Shown: positions 48,288-59,200 of the stretch, one piece after another | Numbering within the stretch: position 1 is the stretch's first letter | Layout: the number at the start of each line of letters is the position of its first letter | Assembly: GCA_020630275.1 (NCBI GenBank) | Contig: JAHDBU010000003.1 | Coordinates: forward strand, 1 to 59,845 | Source: Hellea sp. | GTDB taxonomy: Bacteria; Pseudomonadota; Alphaproteobacteria; Caulobacterales; Maricaulaceae | DNA length: 59,845 nucleotides | Direction: 5' to 3' | The notes under the pieces: generated by a model | The model's database searches: none | What the model was told of the DNA's origin: nothing | Seen by the model: the letters and a program-made list of their open reading frames with translations, nothing else | Translations under genes and position numbers: made by a program

Positions 48288-51041
48288 ATGAGATCTAATT
48301 TAATCAGAGTTCTGGCTTGTTCAGCTGGCGCCGCTGCAATGATGACGGCGGCCCCTGTCGAGGCTCAGGACGTAGAAGACGAAATTATTGCTGTTGGCAT
48401 TCGAAGCTCTATTAAGAGAGCTCAGGATATCAAAAGAGACGCAACCGGTATCGTCGACGCAATTGCCGCTGAAGATCTGGGTAAATTCCCTGATTTAAAC
48501 GTCGCCGAATCGTTACAGAGAATTTCTGGTGTTGCTATTGACCGCTCGGGCGGTGAAGGCCAGCAGGTAACGATCCGCGGTTTGGGTCCTCAATTTAACA
48601 CCGTTCTTTTAAATGGTCGTCAAATAGCGACAGACAGTGGCGGTCGTGAATTCAATTTTGATGTATTAGCTGCAGAGCAAATTTCTGGCGCTAATATCTA
48701 TAAAACCGGCGTAGCACGGCTGCAGGAAGGTGGTATAGGCGGTACGATTAATGTCTTGACAGCTCGGCCTTTGGATAATCCTGGATTCCATGCTTCGGCT
48801 TCTATCAAAGGTGTGTATGAGAGTTTATCTGAAAAGGTTGCTCCAGCGGCCTCTCTGCTCGTCTCTAATACATTTGATGACGATCGGCTGGGCGTTCTCG
48901 CGGCGGTTAGCTATCAAGAGCGGGACGTGCAAATCAACCGCATCCAGACCGTCGGCTGGCGTCCGGGGCAAACGATTTCCAACAACCAAGACGGTGTTCT
49001 GTTTGAGAACGCCTACATCCCTCGGAACTGGGATCAGATTGTTGATGAGCAAGAGCGCAAGCGTTTGAATGCCAGTCTGGCATTACAATATGCGCCAAAC
49101 GACGATATGACCGTTACTTTGGATGGCTTTGTGTCCAAGTTTGAGGTCGACTCTCTGGCGACAGACTTGGCTTCATGGTTTGAGCCAGACCGTGTAGGCT
49201 CTGGCCAGGTTGACTCAAATGGCACATTGATTGCCTTCACCCAAGAAGTCGGCCTTTCCGGCGGCTCTGGTGATCCAGCCACAGACTTTGTGTCTTCAAC
49301 ACGCTTCAGTCGCGATACAACAACCTATGGCTTTGGTGGCAATCTCGATTGGAACCTTTCTGACAATCTAAGCGTCAGCTTGGATGCTTTCCACTCAGAA
49401 GCTGAGAATGACCGGGCTGGTCGGGACCGTTTCAATGTTATTGGGATTATCAATAATTACTCGTTTGATGGCACAGGCAGCCTTCCGACGGTCGCTCATG
49501 ATGGGTTCACAAACGGTAGTCTGCCGTCTGACACATTGACCCGTCTACACTACAATGAACAGGGCAATCGTCCAACAGATGAGGATGCCATTACTGAGTT
49601 TAAAGCCGACTTCGAGTACACGCCGGACGTGGACGCGATCAAAGCTGTTAGATTTGGTGCTTACAGCCAGATGCGCGATAAGTCCCAATTCCAGATTTTT
49701 GGAAATAACTGTTTCTATTGTGGTTATCAGGTGGCTGCCCCCAATGCTCAGCTGAACCTAAGACCATTTACTGCGAATAACTTCTTCTCTGGCCTCATTG
49801 ACACATGGTACACTTATGACGGCGATGCTTACATCGACTTCCTAAATAGTGATCCCGTGTCAACGATTACGCCAACCCTACAAAACAACCGTTATGACAT
49901 CAGCGAGGATATCCTGAGTGCTTATACCGAGTTTACATTCGGGTTTGATGCGGGCTCCATGCCTGTTGAAGTCAATGTCGGTGCTCGTTATGCTAACACC
50001 GACATAGACGTCGGCGCTGTACAAAGCTTCATTGCTGACGTTGTTCCAACATCAGACTTGACCCTTTTCTCAAACGTGTTCGGACCTGCTACGGAATTCA
50101 GCGAAGGCGGTTCTTACAGCAACTTCCTGGGCAATGTTGATTTCAATATCGATGTATCTGAGGACATTAAGGTTCGATTGGCAGCATATGAAACAATGAC
50201 CCGCCCAACAATGTCCCAGCTCTCACCAGCTACGACATTCGGCGAGCCACGTCGTCAAAACCTTACTGCCTCTGGTGGTAACCCCGCTCTGGAGCCATTC
50301 ACGTCGACAAATTTTGATGCTGGCGTTGAATGGTATTATGACGATAACAGCGTCTTCTCAGCTTCGGTCTTTCACAAAGATATCGAAAATATTATCGTAA
50401 CCTTGGTTGGTGATGAAGTGTTTGAACTCGCAAATCGAAATGCTGCAAATGGTTTCCGTTGTGGCGATCCAAATTGCGCGGTTGGCGTTGACCTTGATCC
50501 GACGAGACCTGGTTTCGACATTGTTGCCAATACTGAAGAGCTGAACGGCGCGACAGAAATCTATCGCGCCAGCCGTCCTCAAAATGGTGAGTCTGCTAAA
50601 GTCACCGGTTTTGAAATTGCTCTGACGCATGTCTTTGATAATGGCTTTGGTTTCAGTGGTAACGCTACATTCGTTGATAGTAACGTGACTATCGACCCAA
50701 CATCAGCTACGAATTTCTCGCTGGAAGGTGTTGGCGACTCTCAAAACGCCGTTATCTTCTATGAGAACGATCGTTTGCAAGCTCGTGTGGCTTACAACCG
50801 CCGCGAAGGCTTCCTTCGGAACATCAGCAATGGCTTTAATGGCGAGCCGATCAATACGGAGACGTTTGGTCAGTTCGATGCCAGTGCAAGCTTCGATGTA
50901 ACCGAAGACTACACAATCTTTGTCGAAGGTATCAACATCACCGAGGAAGAGCTGGTTCAAACGGGTCGCTTCCCGAACCAGATCTATAACGTAGAGGATA
51001 ATGGGTCCCGTTATGCTGTCGGTGTGCGGGCTAAGTGGTAA
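48288..51041 (+). CDS. TonB-dependent outer-membrane receptor (carbohydrate-type)
   Basis: Start at MRSNLIRVLACSAGAAAMMTAAPVEAQD (signal peptide, GGGAGA RBS). Plug motifs (DATGIVDAIAAEDLGKFPDLNVAESLQRISGV, RGLGPQFN). The C-terminal residue is Trp (..GVRAKW). Confidence 0.9.
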   Translation: MRSNLIRVLACSAGAAAMMTAAPVEAQDVEDEIIAVGIRSSIKRAQDIKRDATGIVDAIAAEDLGKFPDLNVAESLQRISGVAIDRSGGEGQQVTIRGLGPQFNTVLLNGRQIATDSGGREFNFDVLAAEQISGANIYKTGVARLQEGGIGGTINVLTARPLDNPGFHASASIKGVYESLSEKVAPAASLLVSNTFDDDRLGVLAAVSYQERDVQINRIQTVGWRPGQTISNNQDGVLFENAYIPRNWDQIVDEQERKRLNASLALQYAPNDDMTVTLDGFVSKFEVDSLATDLASWFEPDRVGSGQVDSNGTLIAFTQEVGLSGGSGDPATDFVSSTRFSRDTTTYGFGGNLDWNLSDNLSVSLDAFHSEAENDRAGRDRFNVIGIINNYSFDGTGSLPTVAHDGFTNGSLPSDTLTRLHYNEQGNRPTDEDAITEFKADFEYTPDVDAIKAVRFGAYSQMRDKSQFQIFGNNCFYCGYQVAAPNAQLNLRPFTANNFFSGLIDTWYTYDGDAYIDFLNSDPVSTITPTLQNNRYDISEDILSAYTEFTFGFDAGSMPVEVNVGARYANTDIDVGAVQSFIADVVPTSDLTLFSNVFGPATEFSEGGSYSNFLGNVDFNIDVSEDIKVRLAAYETMTRPTMSQLSPATTFGEPRRQNLTASGGNPALEPFTSTNFDAGVEWYYDDNSVFSASVFHKDIENIIVTLVGDEVFELANRNAANGFRCGDPNCAVGVDLDPTRPGFDIVANTEELNGATEIYRASRPQNGESAKVTGFEIALTHVFDNGFGFSGNATFVDSNVTIDPTSATNFSLEGVGDSQNAVIFYENDRLQARVAYNRREGFLRNISNGFNGEPINTETFGQFDASASFDVTEDYTIFVEGINITEEELVQTGRFPNQIYNVEDNGSRYAVGVRAKW

Positions 51042-51070
51042 TCGCTTAACCGGTTGAAACATCCCCTTTG

Positions 51071-51107
51071 GGGCTGGTAAGGCTAAGTCTTTATCAGCCC
51101 TTTTTTT
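51071..51107 (+). terminator. Rho-independent terminator/attenuator between the TBDR and downstream genes
   Basis: GGGCUGGUAAGG-CUAAGU-CUUUAUCAGCCC (12 bp including 2 G-U) followed by U7. The halogenase-like gene starts 9 nt later. Confidence 0.7.
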
Positions 51108-51115
51108 GTGGAAAT

Positions 51116-52633
51116 ATGTCAGAACAAGTTTCATCTATTTTAATCGTTGGCGGCGGAACAGCCGGGTGGTTGTCCGCGGCTATTATAGCTGCTCATCACC
51201 GCGATCGTGCCGACAAGTTGAAAATTACTTTGGTGGAGGCCTCGGATATACCGACGGTCGGTGTCGGAGAAGGGACCTGGCCTACGCTTCGGAATACTGT
51301 CCGAATGATTGGTTTGGACGAAAAAGAAATCTTCCAAACCTGTTTCGCCGGTTTCAAGCAGGGCGGAAAATTCGTCAATTGGGTCACTCATGACGATTTT
51401 TATTATCATCCCTTCACCGTACCCCTCGGCTACGGCCAAATGGATATGGCGCCCTATGTGAATGATATTGAAACCTTCGCTCGTGAAGCTAATTTTCAGG
51501 AAGCCGTTTGTGAAGCAGGACTCGCGCCCCGGCAAGTTTCCGAGGGAGCGTATCAAGGGATTTGTAATTACGCATACCACTTGGATGCGGGAGCATTTGC
51601 CGAAATGCTGAAAAATCACTGTCGCGATGAATTGGGCGTCAGCCACGTAATAGGTACGGTCAAAGATGTTACCTTGTGCGATGACGGGTTTATTGAAAAG
51701 TTACACTTAGAAGAAAGCGGAGAGAATTTTGAGCTCGCCGCGGATCTTTTTGTCGACTGCTCGGGTTTTAGGTCTCTTTTACTTGGGCAAGCGCTCGGGG
51801 TTGAGTTCGTATCCAATGAAAAATACCTGTTCAATGACTCCGCCTTGGCAGTTCGCGTTCCTTATGAGGATGAAGACGCGCCATTGGCTTGTCACACAAT
51901 AGCTACCGGACAGAATGCAGGGTGGACATGGGATATTGGCTTAACCAATCGTCGAGGCATTGGCCATGTCTACTCCAGTGATTTTCTAAGCGATGAAGAG
52001 GCTGAACAAAATCTAGAAAAATACATTGGACGGCCGCTGACAAATTTGAACGTAAAGAAAATTAAATTTAAGTCGGGCTTTCGCCGTAAAGCTTGGAAAA
52101 ATAATTGCGTAGCGATAGGTCTCTCGGGAGGTTTCGTCGAGCCCCTGGAAGCCACAGCAATTATGTTAGTAGAAGTCGCAGCGCGTTACGTGGCTGAAAA
52201 TTTACCCGCTGATCGGACTATTTTTTCGATTACGGAAAAGCGTTTTAATCAGCAGATGGATTACCGCTGGCAAAGGATTACGGATTTCCTGAAACTGCAC
52301 TACATGTTGACAAAACGGCCCGAAGCCTATTGGCAGGCGCACACAGATGAAAATGGTATCCCAGATAGTTTAAAAGAGGATCTCGCGATCTGGAAGTACA
52401 GAGGTCCAATCAAATCAGATTTTGAAGGCGTTGCCGAATTGTTTCCAGCCGCAAGCTATCAATATGTATTATACGGAATGGGGTATAAACCTGAATTTTC
52501 AAGCCAGGGCTATCTTTATAATGCGCAGGATCAGGCGGACCGCTTAAAACAAAAAAATCAAGTCATGACACAGCAATTATTGCAATCTCTGCCGTCTCAT
52601 CGGCAATATATAAATCATTGGTTGGCGAGTTAA
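51116..52633 (+). CDS. Tryptophan halogenase family (flavin-dependent halogenase-like) protein
   Basis: Start at MSEQVSSILIVGGGTAGW (GxGxxG). GWTWDIGL (W-x-W-x-I motif) and GGFVEPLEATAI are present. The family commonly sits beside TBDR genes. Confidence 0.85.
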   Translation: MSEQVSSILIVGGGTAGWLSAAIIAAHHRDRADKLKITLVEASDIPTVGVGEGTWPTLRNTVRMIGLDEKEIFQTCFAGFKQGGKFVNWVTHDDFYYHPFTVPLGYGQMDMAPYVNDIETFAREANFQEAVCEAGLAPRQVSEGAYQGICNYAYHLDAGAFAEMLKNHCRDELGVSHVIGTVKDVTLCDDGFIEKLHLEESGENFELAADLFVDCSGFRSLLLGQALGVEFVSNEKYLFNDSALAVRVPYEDEDAPLACHTIATGQNAGWTWDIGLTNRRGIGHVYSSDFLSDEEAEQNLEKYIGRPLTNLNVKKIKFKSGFRRKAWKNNCVAIGLSGGFVEPLEATAIMLVEVAARYVAENLPADRTIFSITEKRFNQQMDYRWQRITDFLKLHYMLTKRPEAYWQAHTDENGIPDSLKEDLAIWKYRGPIKSDFEGVAELFPAASYQYVLYGMGYKPEFSSQGYLYNAQDQADRLKQKNQVMTQQLLQSLPSHRQYINHWLAS

Positions 52634-52634
52634 T

Positions 52635-53393
52635 ATGAGTGAACTGAAAGCCATAAATGCCAAGGCTCATGGCAAAACAAAAATCGCCAAAAATAATTTT
52701 GTCACCTTTGCCCGGAAGCGGCACATGCTGGCTTTGCGGGTAACGGAGGTGCCCCGTGCCATTGTTGATTTTGCTGTGCTCGTTAGCCGACATCAACATA
52801 ATGGGAGTTTTGCCTTATCCGCGTTGACGAGTCTCGAGCCAGAGAAAAATCTTTACATAGAAGGCGAAGAATGGTCGTCGAGTTTCAGATCAACAGCCAT
52901 GACATCGTACCCTCTTTTTCTGATGAAAGACCCTGATGGATCAGATCAACCAGTATTGGGAATTGATGAAGGTAGTGAAGCTTTGGCAAAGAAAGACGGT
53001 CATGTTTTGTTTGATACCAAAGGTAAAATTTCATTGTGGCAGGATCAGCAGAAAAAGGCATTACTCGAAGATGCACGCAACTCGGCCCTTACACAACGTT
53101 TCTTGCAGGTTTTGGATGATCTAAATCTCCTTCGAGACGTAACCTTAAACGTGCATTATGCGGATCAAGAGATAAGCCATATCCGCGGTTTGTTCATGAT
53201 CAATGAGGATAACCTACAAGCCCTTTCAGCAGAGAAACTGGATGAGCTGAGAAAGCTCGGCTATTTGCCAGCAATCTACGCCATGTTGTTCTCTGTGTTC
53301 CAACTCAACAACCTTATTTTACGTCACAACAAGGCGGGGCTTCGTCAGATATCCAGAATTAATCTGGAAGTCGCCAAGCAGCCTCAATCCTAG
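52635..53393 (+). CDS. SapC family protein
   Basis: 252 aa; N-terminal pattern (LKAINAKAHGKTKI.., RVTEVPRAIVDFAVLV.., EPEKNLYI) matches SapC-like proteins. It starts 1 nt after the halogenase-like stop. Confidence 0.7.
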   Translation: MSELKAINAKAHGKTKIAKNNFVTFARKRHMLALRVTEVPRAIVDFAVLVSRHQHNGSFALSALTSLEPEKNLYIEGEEWSSSFRSTAMTSYPLFLMKDPDGSDQPVLGIDEGSEALAKKDGHVLFDTKGKISLWQDQQKKALLEDARNSALTQRFLQVLDDLNLLRDVTLNVHYADQEISHIRGLFMINEDNLQALSAEKLDELRKLGYLPAIYAMLFSVFQLNNLILRHNKAGLRQISRINLEVAKQPQS

Positions 53394-53410
53394 AATTATT
53401 GGAGCCCTCA

Positions 53411-55624
53411 ATGCCGGATCTAATCCAGGTTTCAAAAGATAAAACTTTTGCGCTAACCAACCGGTTTTTCAGCTATGTTTTTCGGGTTTCTCCTGAAGGC
53501 ATTTTGGAACATTTGCATTACGGTGGTCCGCTTTCTGATCCGCTAAATGTATCCGTGCACCATATTCGAACCCAACGAGAGGTCGCTTCAACTTTTCAGG
53601 GGGGTAAGTTTTTTAGCCTGAGTGATACACCCCAGGAGTTCCCGAGTTTTGGAACATCTGACTATCGGTTCCCGGCCTTGCATGGTCGGAATTCCGACGG
53701 CAACACAGTCTTCTCTCTTCATTATAAAAGGCACAAAATCTCAAAGACCAAGAAGCCGCTCAAGGATTTGCCTTCAACCCGGGGCGGGAATTGTGAGACG
53801 CTGGTTGTTACCTTGGAGGACCCGCTCCACAAGCTGGACGTTGAGCTTCATTACACGATCTACCAAGACTTCGGTGTCTTGGTCCGCTCGGCCAAGTTCA
53901 AAAATAAATCTGATACAGAAATCCAGCTACAACATGCCTTCAGTACGGCGCTTGATCTCCCACCGGCAGAATATGAGATCCTGCATTTTCACGGCACGTG
54001 GTCGCGCGAGTTCAATGAAGAGCGCATTGAGGTACCCAAAGGTCGCTTTGTCGTCGACTCAGCGCGTGGCACGTCGAGTGCTGCGCACAGCCCTTTTGTT
54101 GCAATTATGCAGAAGGGGGCGTCAGAGGCTGTTGGACGAGTCTATGCGACCACGCTTGTTTATTCGGGGAATTTTTCTATCAATGTTGAAAAAGGCGAGT
54201 TTGAAGATGTCCGTATCCTCGCTGGTATCAATCCGTTTAACTTCCATTGGCGTCTTAAACCCGGCAAGAAGTTTTGTACGCCAGAAGCACTTCATGTCTT
54301 CACCGAAGACGGCCTGCGCGGCATGAGCCACATCTGGCACGACTTCATCCGGGAAAAGATCTCGCCACCCCAATTCAAGTATAAGCCAAGGCCGACTTAT
54401 CTCAACACATGGGAAGCGGCCTATTTTGACGTTAACGAGGACAAGGTTCTTGCACTGGCTGATAAGGCTAAACATGTGGGCGTTGATATGTTGGTCTTGG
54501 ACGATGGCTGGTTCGAAGGCCGCAAGGACGACACCTCATCTCTGGGAGACTGGGTGGCCGATAAGGAGAGATTTCCTAATGGAATACCTTGGTTGGCCTC
54601 CAAAGTTAAAGCGAAGGGATTGAAATTCGGTATTTGGTTTGAACCAGAAATGGTCAACCCGCGCAGTATGTTATTTGAAAAGCATCCGGATTGGATATTG
54701 CATGTACCGGGACGTAAGCCATCTTTGGGTCGTAATCAGCTCACACTCGATTTGTCCCGGGAGGAAGTGACCGACTACATCTTTGAAAAAGTCGACGCCA
54801 TCCTGTCTTGTGGGGACATCGATTATGTCAAATGGGATATGAACCGGAATATGACTGAAGTCGGCTCGGCAGGTCTGGCCCGTAACCGACAAAGAGAGGT
54901 ATCGCATCGCTATATGATCGGTCTTTACCGCCTGCTCAAAAAGCTCACGGCTAAGTATCCGGATGTTTTGTTTGAAAATTGCGCCAGTGGTGGCAACCGG
55001 TTCGATCTTGGTATGCTGAGTTTTATGCCACAAACGTGGACCAGTGATATGTGCGACCCTGTAGGCCGCCTGGACATCGTCAATGGGGCGTCTTATCTCT
55101 TCCCGCTGGATGTCACGGCCGCCTATGTGGGCCCTTCGCCTAACCATCAGAACGGCCGGGTGTCCTCCATTCAGACCCGTTTTATGGCAGGTGTCTTTTG
55201 CGCTGCTCGAGGTATGTCGCTAAACGAGCAAGATCTGGCGGACAATCACGAAGAACTTAAAGAGCTCATGGCCTTCGCCAAAAGAACCGCGCCGGACATG
55301 GTAGGCGGACGTTTTGACCGTCTAATCAAGTCAGACAATGAGGTTTGCTGGCAATACACAACACGAGATCAAAAGACCGTTTACGTGGCTTATTTCCACA
55401 TTCTCGCGGCTCCCAACTTACCTTTCCGAAGAGCGCGGCTCGTAGGCCTGGATGGAGGGGCTGAATATGTATTGCAAGAGGATAAGGCTAAATATCAGGG
55501 CGATTCGCTCATGAATAACGGCCTGCCACTGCCTTATGTTACAACGGGGCATGTTAAAGAAAATGTCCGCTACATGGCGAAAGGGGATTTTTCTTCATAT
55601 TTATTCGAATTCACGAAGAAATAG
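53411..55624 (+). CDS. GH36 alpha-galactosidase
   Basis: About 737 aa; motifs LDDGWF, KFGIWFEPEMV, YVKWDMNR and CASGGNRFD. The ATG at 53411 has a GGAG 6 nt upstream; the track ORF begins at a TTG at 53399. Confidence 0.9.
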   Translation: MPDLIQVSKDKTFALTNRFFSYVFRVSPEGILEHLHYGGPLSDPLNVSVHHIRTQREVASTFQGGKFFSLSDTPQEFPSFGTSDYRFPALHGRNSDGNTVFSLHYKRHKISKTKKPLKDLPSTRGGNCETLVVTLEDPLHKLDVELHYTIYQDFGVLVRSAKFKNKSDTEIQLQHAFSTALDLPPAEYEILHFHGTWSREFNEERIEVPKGRFVVDSARGTSSAAHSPFVAIMQKGASEAVGRVYATTLVYSGNFSINVEKGEFEDVRILAGINPFNFHWRLKPGKKFCTPEALHVFTEDGLRGMSHIWHDFIREKISPPQFKYKPRPTYLNTWEAAYFDVNEDKVLALADKAKHVGVDMLVLDDGWFEGRKDDTSSLGDWVADKERFPNGIPWLASKVKAKGLKFGIWFEPEMVNPRSMLFEKHPDWILHVPGRKPSLGRNQLTLDLSREEVTDYIFEKVDAILSCGDIDYVKWDMNRNMTEVGSAGLARNRQREVSHRYMIGLYRLLKKLTAKYPDVLFENCASGGNRFDLGMLSFMPQTWTSDMCDPVGRLDIVNGASYLFPLDVTAAYVGPSPNHQNGRVSSIQTRFMAGVFCAARGMSLNEQDLADNHEELKELMAFAKRTAPDMVGGRFDRLIKSDNEVCWQYTTRDQKTVYVAYFHILAAPNLPFRRARLVGLDGGAEYVLQEDKAKYQGDSLMNNGLPLPYVTTGHVKENVRYMAKGDFSSYLFEFTKK

Positions 55625-55699
55625 ATCCCGCTAGTCACTGGAATTCTCCTTCAAACCAGTTAGATACTCTGCCTGTACTTTAAAAAGGTAGAGAATTGT

Positions 55700-56176
55700 A
55701 TGGTGGACAAGGGGCTCGATCGAACCGATCAGAAAATATTGGCCGCGCTCCAAAAGGACGGACGGTTATCGAATGTCGCGTTGGCCAAGGCAGTCAATCT
55801 CAGCGCGACCCCGTGCCTGGAACGGGTTCGCAGACTCGAGCGCGATGGTTATATCGAAAGCTATCACGCCAAACTCAGCGCCCAGAAAATGAAAGCGGAT
55901 TTTTTGACCTTTATGACCGTATCCCTGGATAAAACCAATGAAACAGTTTTCGAAGAATTCAAGGCCGCAATTGCCGACATCGATGAAATCGTCGAGTGCC
56001 ATATGGTCGGAGGAGGCTTCGATTATTTACTGAAAGTCCGAACGGAGAGCATGGCCGCTTTCAGAAAGCTTATGGGGGAGAAATTGTCGGGCATATCCTC
56101 GATCGCGACGACAAGCAGTTACTTCGTGATGGAAGAAATCAAGAATACTCGATTCTATAAGATTCCATCACGATAA
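55700..56176 (+). CDS. Lrp/AsnC family transcriptional regulator (PutR-like by context)
   Basis: 158 aa; LDRTDQKILAALQKDGRLSNVALAKAVNLSATPCLERVRRLE HTH plus a C-terminal RAM/AsnC_trans_reg domain; immediately upstream of putA. Confidence 0.85.
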   Translation: MVDKGLDRTDQKILAALQKDGRLSNVALAKAVNLSATPCLERVRRLERDGYIESYHAKLSAQKMKADFLTFMTVSLDKTNETVFEEFKAAIADIDEIVECHMVGGGFDYLLKVRTESMAAFRKLMGEKLSGISSIATTSSYFVMEEIKNTRFYKIPSR

Positions 56177-56299
56177 TGGCCGGTAAGCAGTTTTTTATCC
56201 TGAGGTTGAGGTAATACCATAGCTATATCACCTAATTTTTTCTGAAACGCCAGTGGAGTTCAGAATCTAATTTGGCCGAAACTGTGCATAATTTGTTTT

Positions 56300-59200
56300 A
56301 TGAGTACGGCGAAAAACCCATTCCAGAATATTTTTGAGCGAAAATATACGCCCGAAGACGTCGTCGTCGCTGAGCTATTGAATGATAATCAGTTAAATTC
56401 CGAACAGCTACAAAACATCGAAGACACCGCCGCCAATCTGGTCCAGGCCTTTCGTGATCGCCCACAAAAGCCGGATATGCTGGATTCTTTCCTTCAGGAA
56501 TACGGCCTTTCCAATCAAGAAGGTATCGCGCTTATGTGTCTGGCAGAAGCATTACTGCGCATTCCAGACAAAGCTACAAGGGACGATCTGATCGCCGATA
56601 AAATTGCTCCGCGGGACTGGGCGTCACATCTCGGTAATGCCAGTTCCGCTTTAGTCAACTTCTCAACAATTGGCCTTTTGATGACGGGGCGGGTGACATC
56701 AATGGATGACGACTTCTCCGTCGAACCTGTGAACTTTATCGAAAAAATGATTAACCGTTTGGGCGAGCCGGTCATTCGCCGGTCGGTCGTCCGAGCTATG
56801 AAAATTTTGGGCGGAGAATTCGTCCTCGGCGAGACCCTCAGTGATGCGCAACGCCGAGGAAAAAAGTTCTTCGGAAGCGATCAGATTTATTCCTTTGATA
56901 TGCTGGGCGAAGGGGCTCGGACATTTCCCGACGCGCAACGTTATTTCGATGCCTACAAGCAAGCCATCGAACATATAGGTCAGCTGGATCAGGGCAAATC
57001 TATCTTCGATCGATCCGGAATCTCGGTCAAACTTTCGGCCATTCACCCGCGCTATGAATATCTCAACAAGGACGCAGCGGTTCGGGAGGTGGGTGCCGGG
57101 CTGTTAAAGCTGGCACAATTGGCCGCTCAGCTTGATATTAAGCTTACCGTCGATGCGGAAGAAGCAGACCGCTTGGAATTATCTCTCGAAATTTATGAAT
57201 ATGTGGCTAGGGCCATGGTCGGTTCAGATTGGCACGGCTTTGGGCTAGCCATACAGGCCTATGGCAAGCGCGCCCGTCAGGTCATAGCGTGGGTCGCTGA
57301 TCTGGGCGCAGAGCTTGGGTCACGGTTTATGGTGCGTCTGGTTAAAGGGGCCTACTGGGACAGCGAGATTAAACACGCGCAGGAGGAGGGGCTGCCAGGC
57401 TTTCCGGTATTTACGCGTAAATCAACGACCGACCTTAGCTATATGGTCTGTGCGCAGGATATGCTCGCGCGCAATAATATCCTGTTCTGTCAGTTCGCCA
57501 CCCACAACGCCCATACCATCGCCGCAATCATAGAGATGACACAGGGGCAAGCTTTCGAATTTGAGTTTCAGCGTCTGCACGGCATGGGTGAGGCTATTTA
57601 TGGGGTTTCCGAAAAACACTTCGATGATTTCCCACCTGTGCGCATTTATGCGCCTGTAGGTGGCCACAAGGACCTGCTGGCTTATCTTGTCCGCCGTCTA
57701 CTTGAGAACGGCGCTAACAGCTCCTTCGTCAACCGTTTCATGGACGCTGAAATTCCGCCCCATGATGTCGTCAAGGATCCGGTAGCTGTTACCTCAGCAC
57801 TCACAGAGATCGCGCACCCGCTCATTCCACCGCCCGTAAGGATATTTGGTATGTCTAGAAATAACTCCAAAGGCTTCGATATGTCCGTCGCCGAAAACCT
57901 GGAGCAGCTTAATGCGACCCTGGATGACATCTATAGTCAGACGTTTAATGTGAGCTCGCTCTGGCCATTTGAAGGGCAGGGCAGCGGGACGCCTGTCGCC
58001 AACGTCAACCCTGCCCATCTCGACGACGTAATAGGACAGGTCCGATATTGTAGTGAGGAGGATATCAACAAAGGATTCGCGGCTGCGAAAAAGGCTCAAA
58101 AGGCTTGGGATCGCCTTGGCGGCGCCAAGCGGGCGGAAATTATTCGGCGGGCCGGGCAAGCCCTTGAGGATCAGACTCTTCGTTTTATGGCCATTTTGAC
58201 CCGCGAGGCGGGGAAGACTCATGACGACACATTGGCCGAGGTCAGGGAGGCTGTGGACTTTTTCCGCTATTATGCTGATCAGGCCGAAAAGGAATTTGAA
58301 ACCGCACAGGAATTACCAGGGCCAACAGGGGAGGCCAATTCCATCTCCCTGACCGGATGCGGCGTGTTCGTTTGTATCAGCCCTTGGAATTTCCCACTGG
58401 CCATTTTTCTTGGGCAACTAGTCGCCGCTTTGGCGGCAGGTAACACCGTTATCGCCAAACCTGCCGAGCAAACGCCGATCGTAGCTGTTGAGGCTGTCAA
58501 ACTATTGCACGAAGCAGGCGTCCCAAAAGATGTCCTCATGCTGGCGCTCGGCGACGGAAAAATCGGTGCGGCTCTGACAGGACACAAAGACGTCGCCGGC
58601 GTTGCATTTACGGGCAGCACTGAGGTCGCCAAAATTATCAACCGGGCTTTAGCGTCCAAAGACGGGCCTATTGTGCCATTAATCGCCGAGACCGGTGGCC
58701 AAAACGTAATGTTTGTCGACAGTACAGCCCTATTGGAGCAGGTTACGGATGATGTGATTAAATCTGCCTTTAAGAGTGCGGGACAGCGCTGTTCTGCCTT
58801 GCGAGTGCTCTATTTGCAGGAAGACATTGCCGATAACGCAATTACAATGATCAAGGGTGCCATGGAGGCACTGAATATTGGGGATCCAAGGAAATTGGAA
58901 ACAGATATTGGGCCCATCATAGATCAAGATGCCATGAAAAGCCTTCAAGCCCATGCGAGCGAGATGACCAAACAAAAGGCGCTTATCTATGATGTCGCGA
59001 GCGATGGCTTGACAGGTGGTACTTACCTCACGCCAAAACTGTTTGAAATCAGTGATATAAATGACCTTTCTAAAGAACATTTTGGCCCTATTTTGCATGT
59101 CATTCGCTTCAAATTAGACGAACTTGATGACACTCTTAAGAGCGCATTTTCGACAGGGTATGGGCTAACCTTGGGAATCCACACCCGCATGGATACGCGC

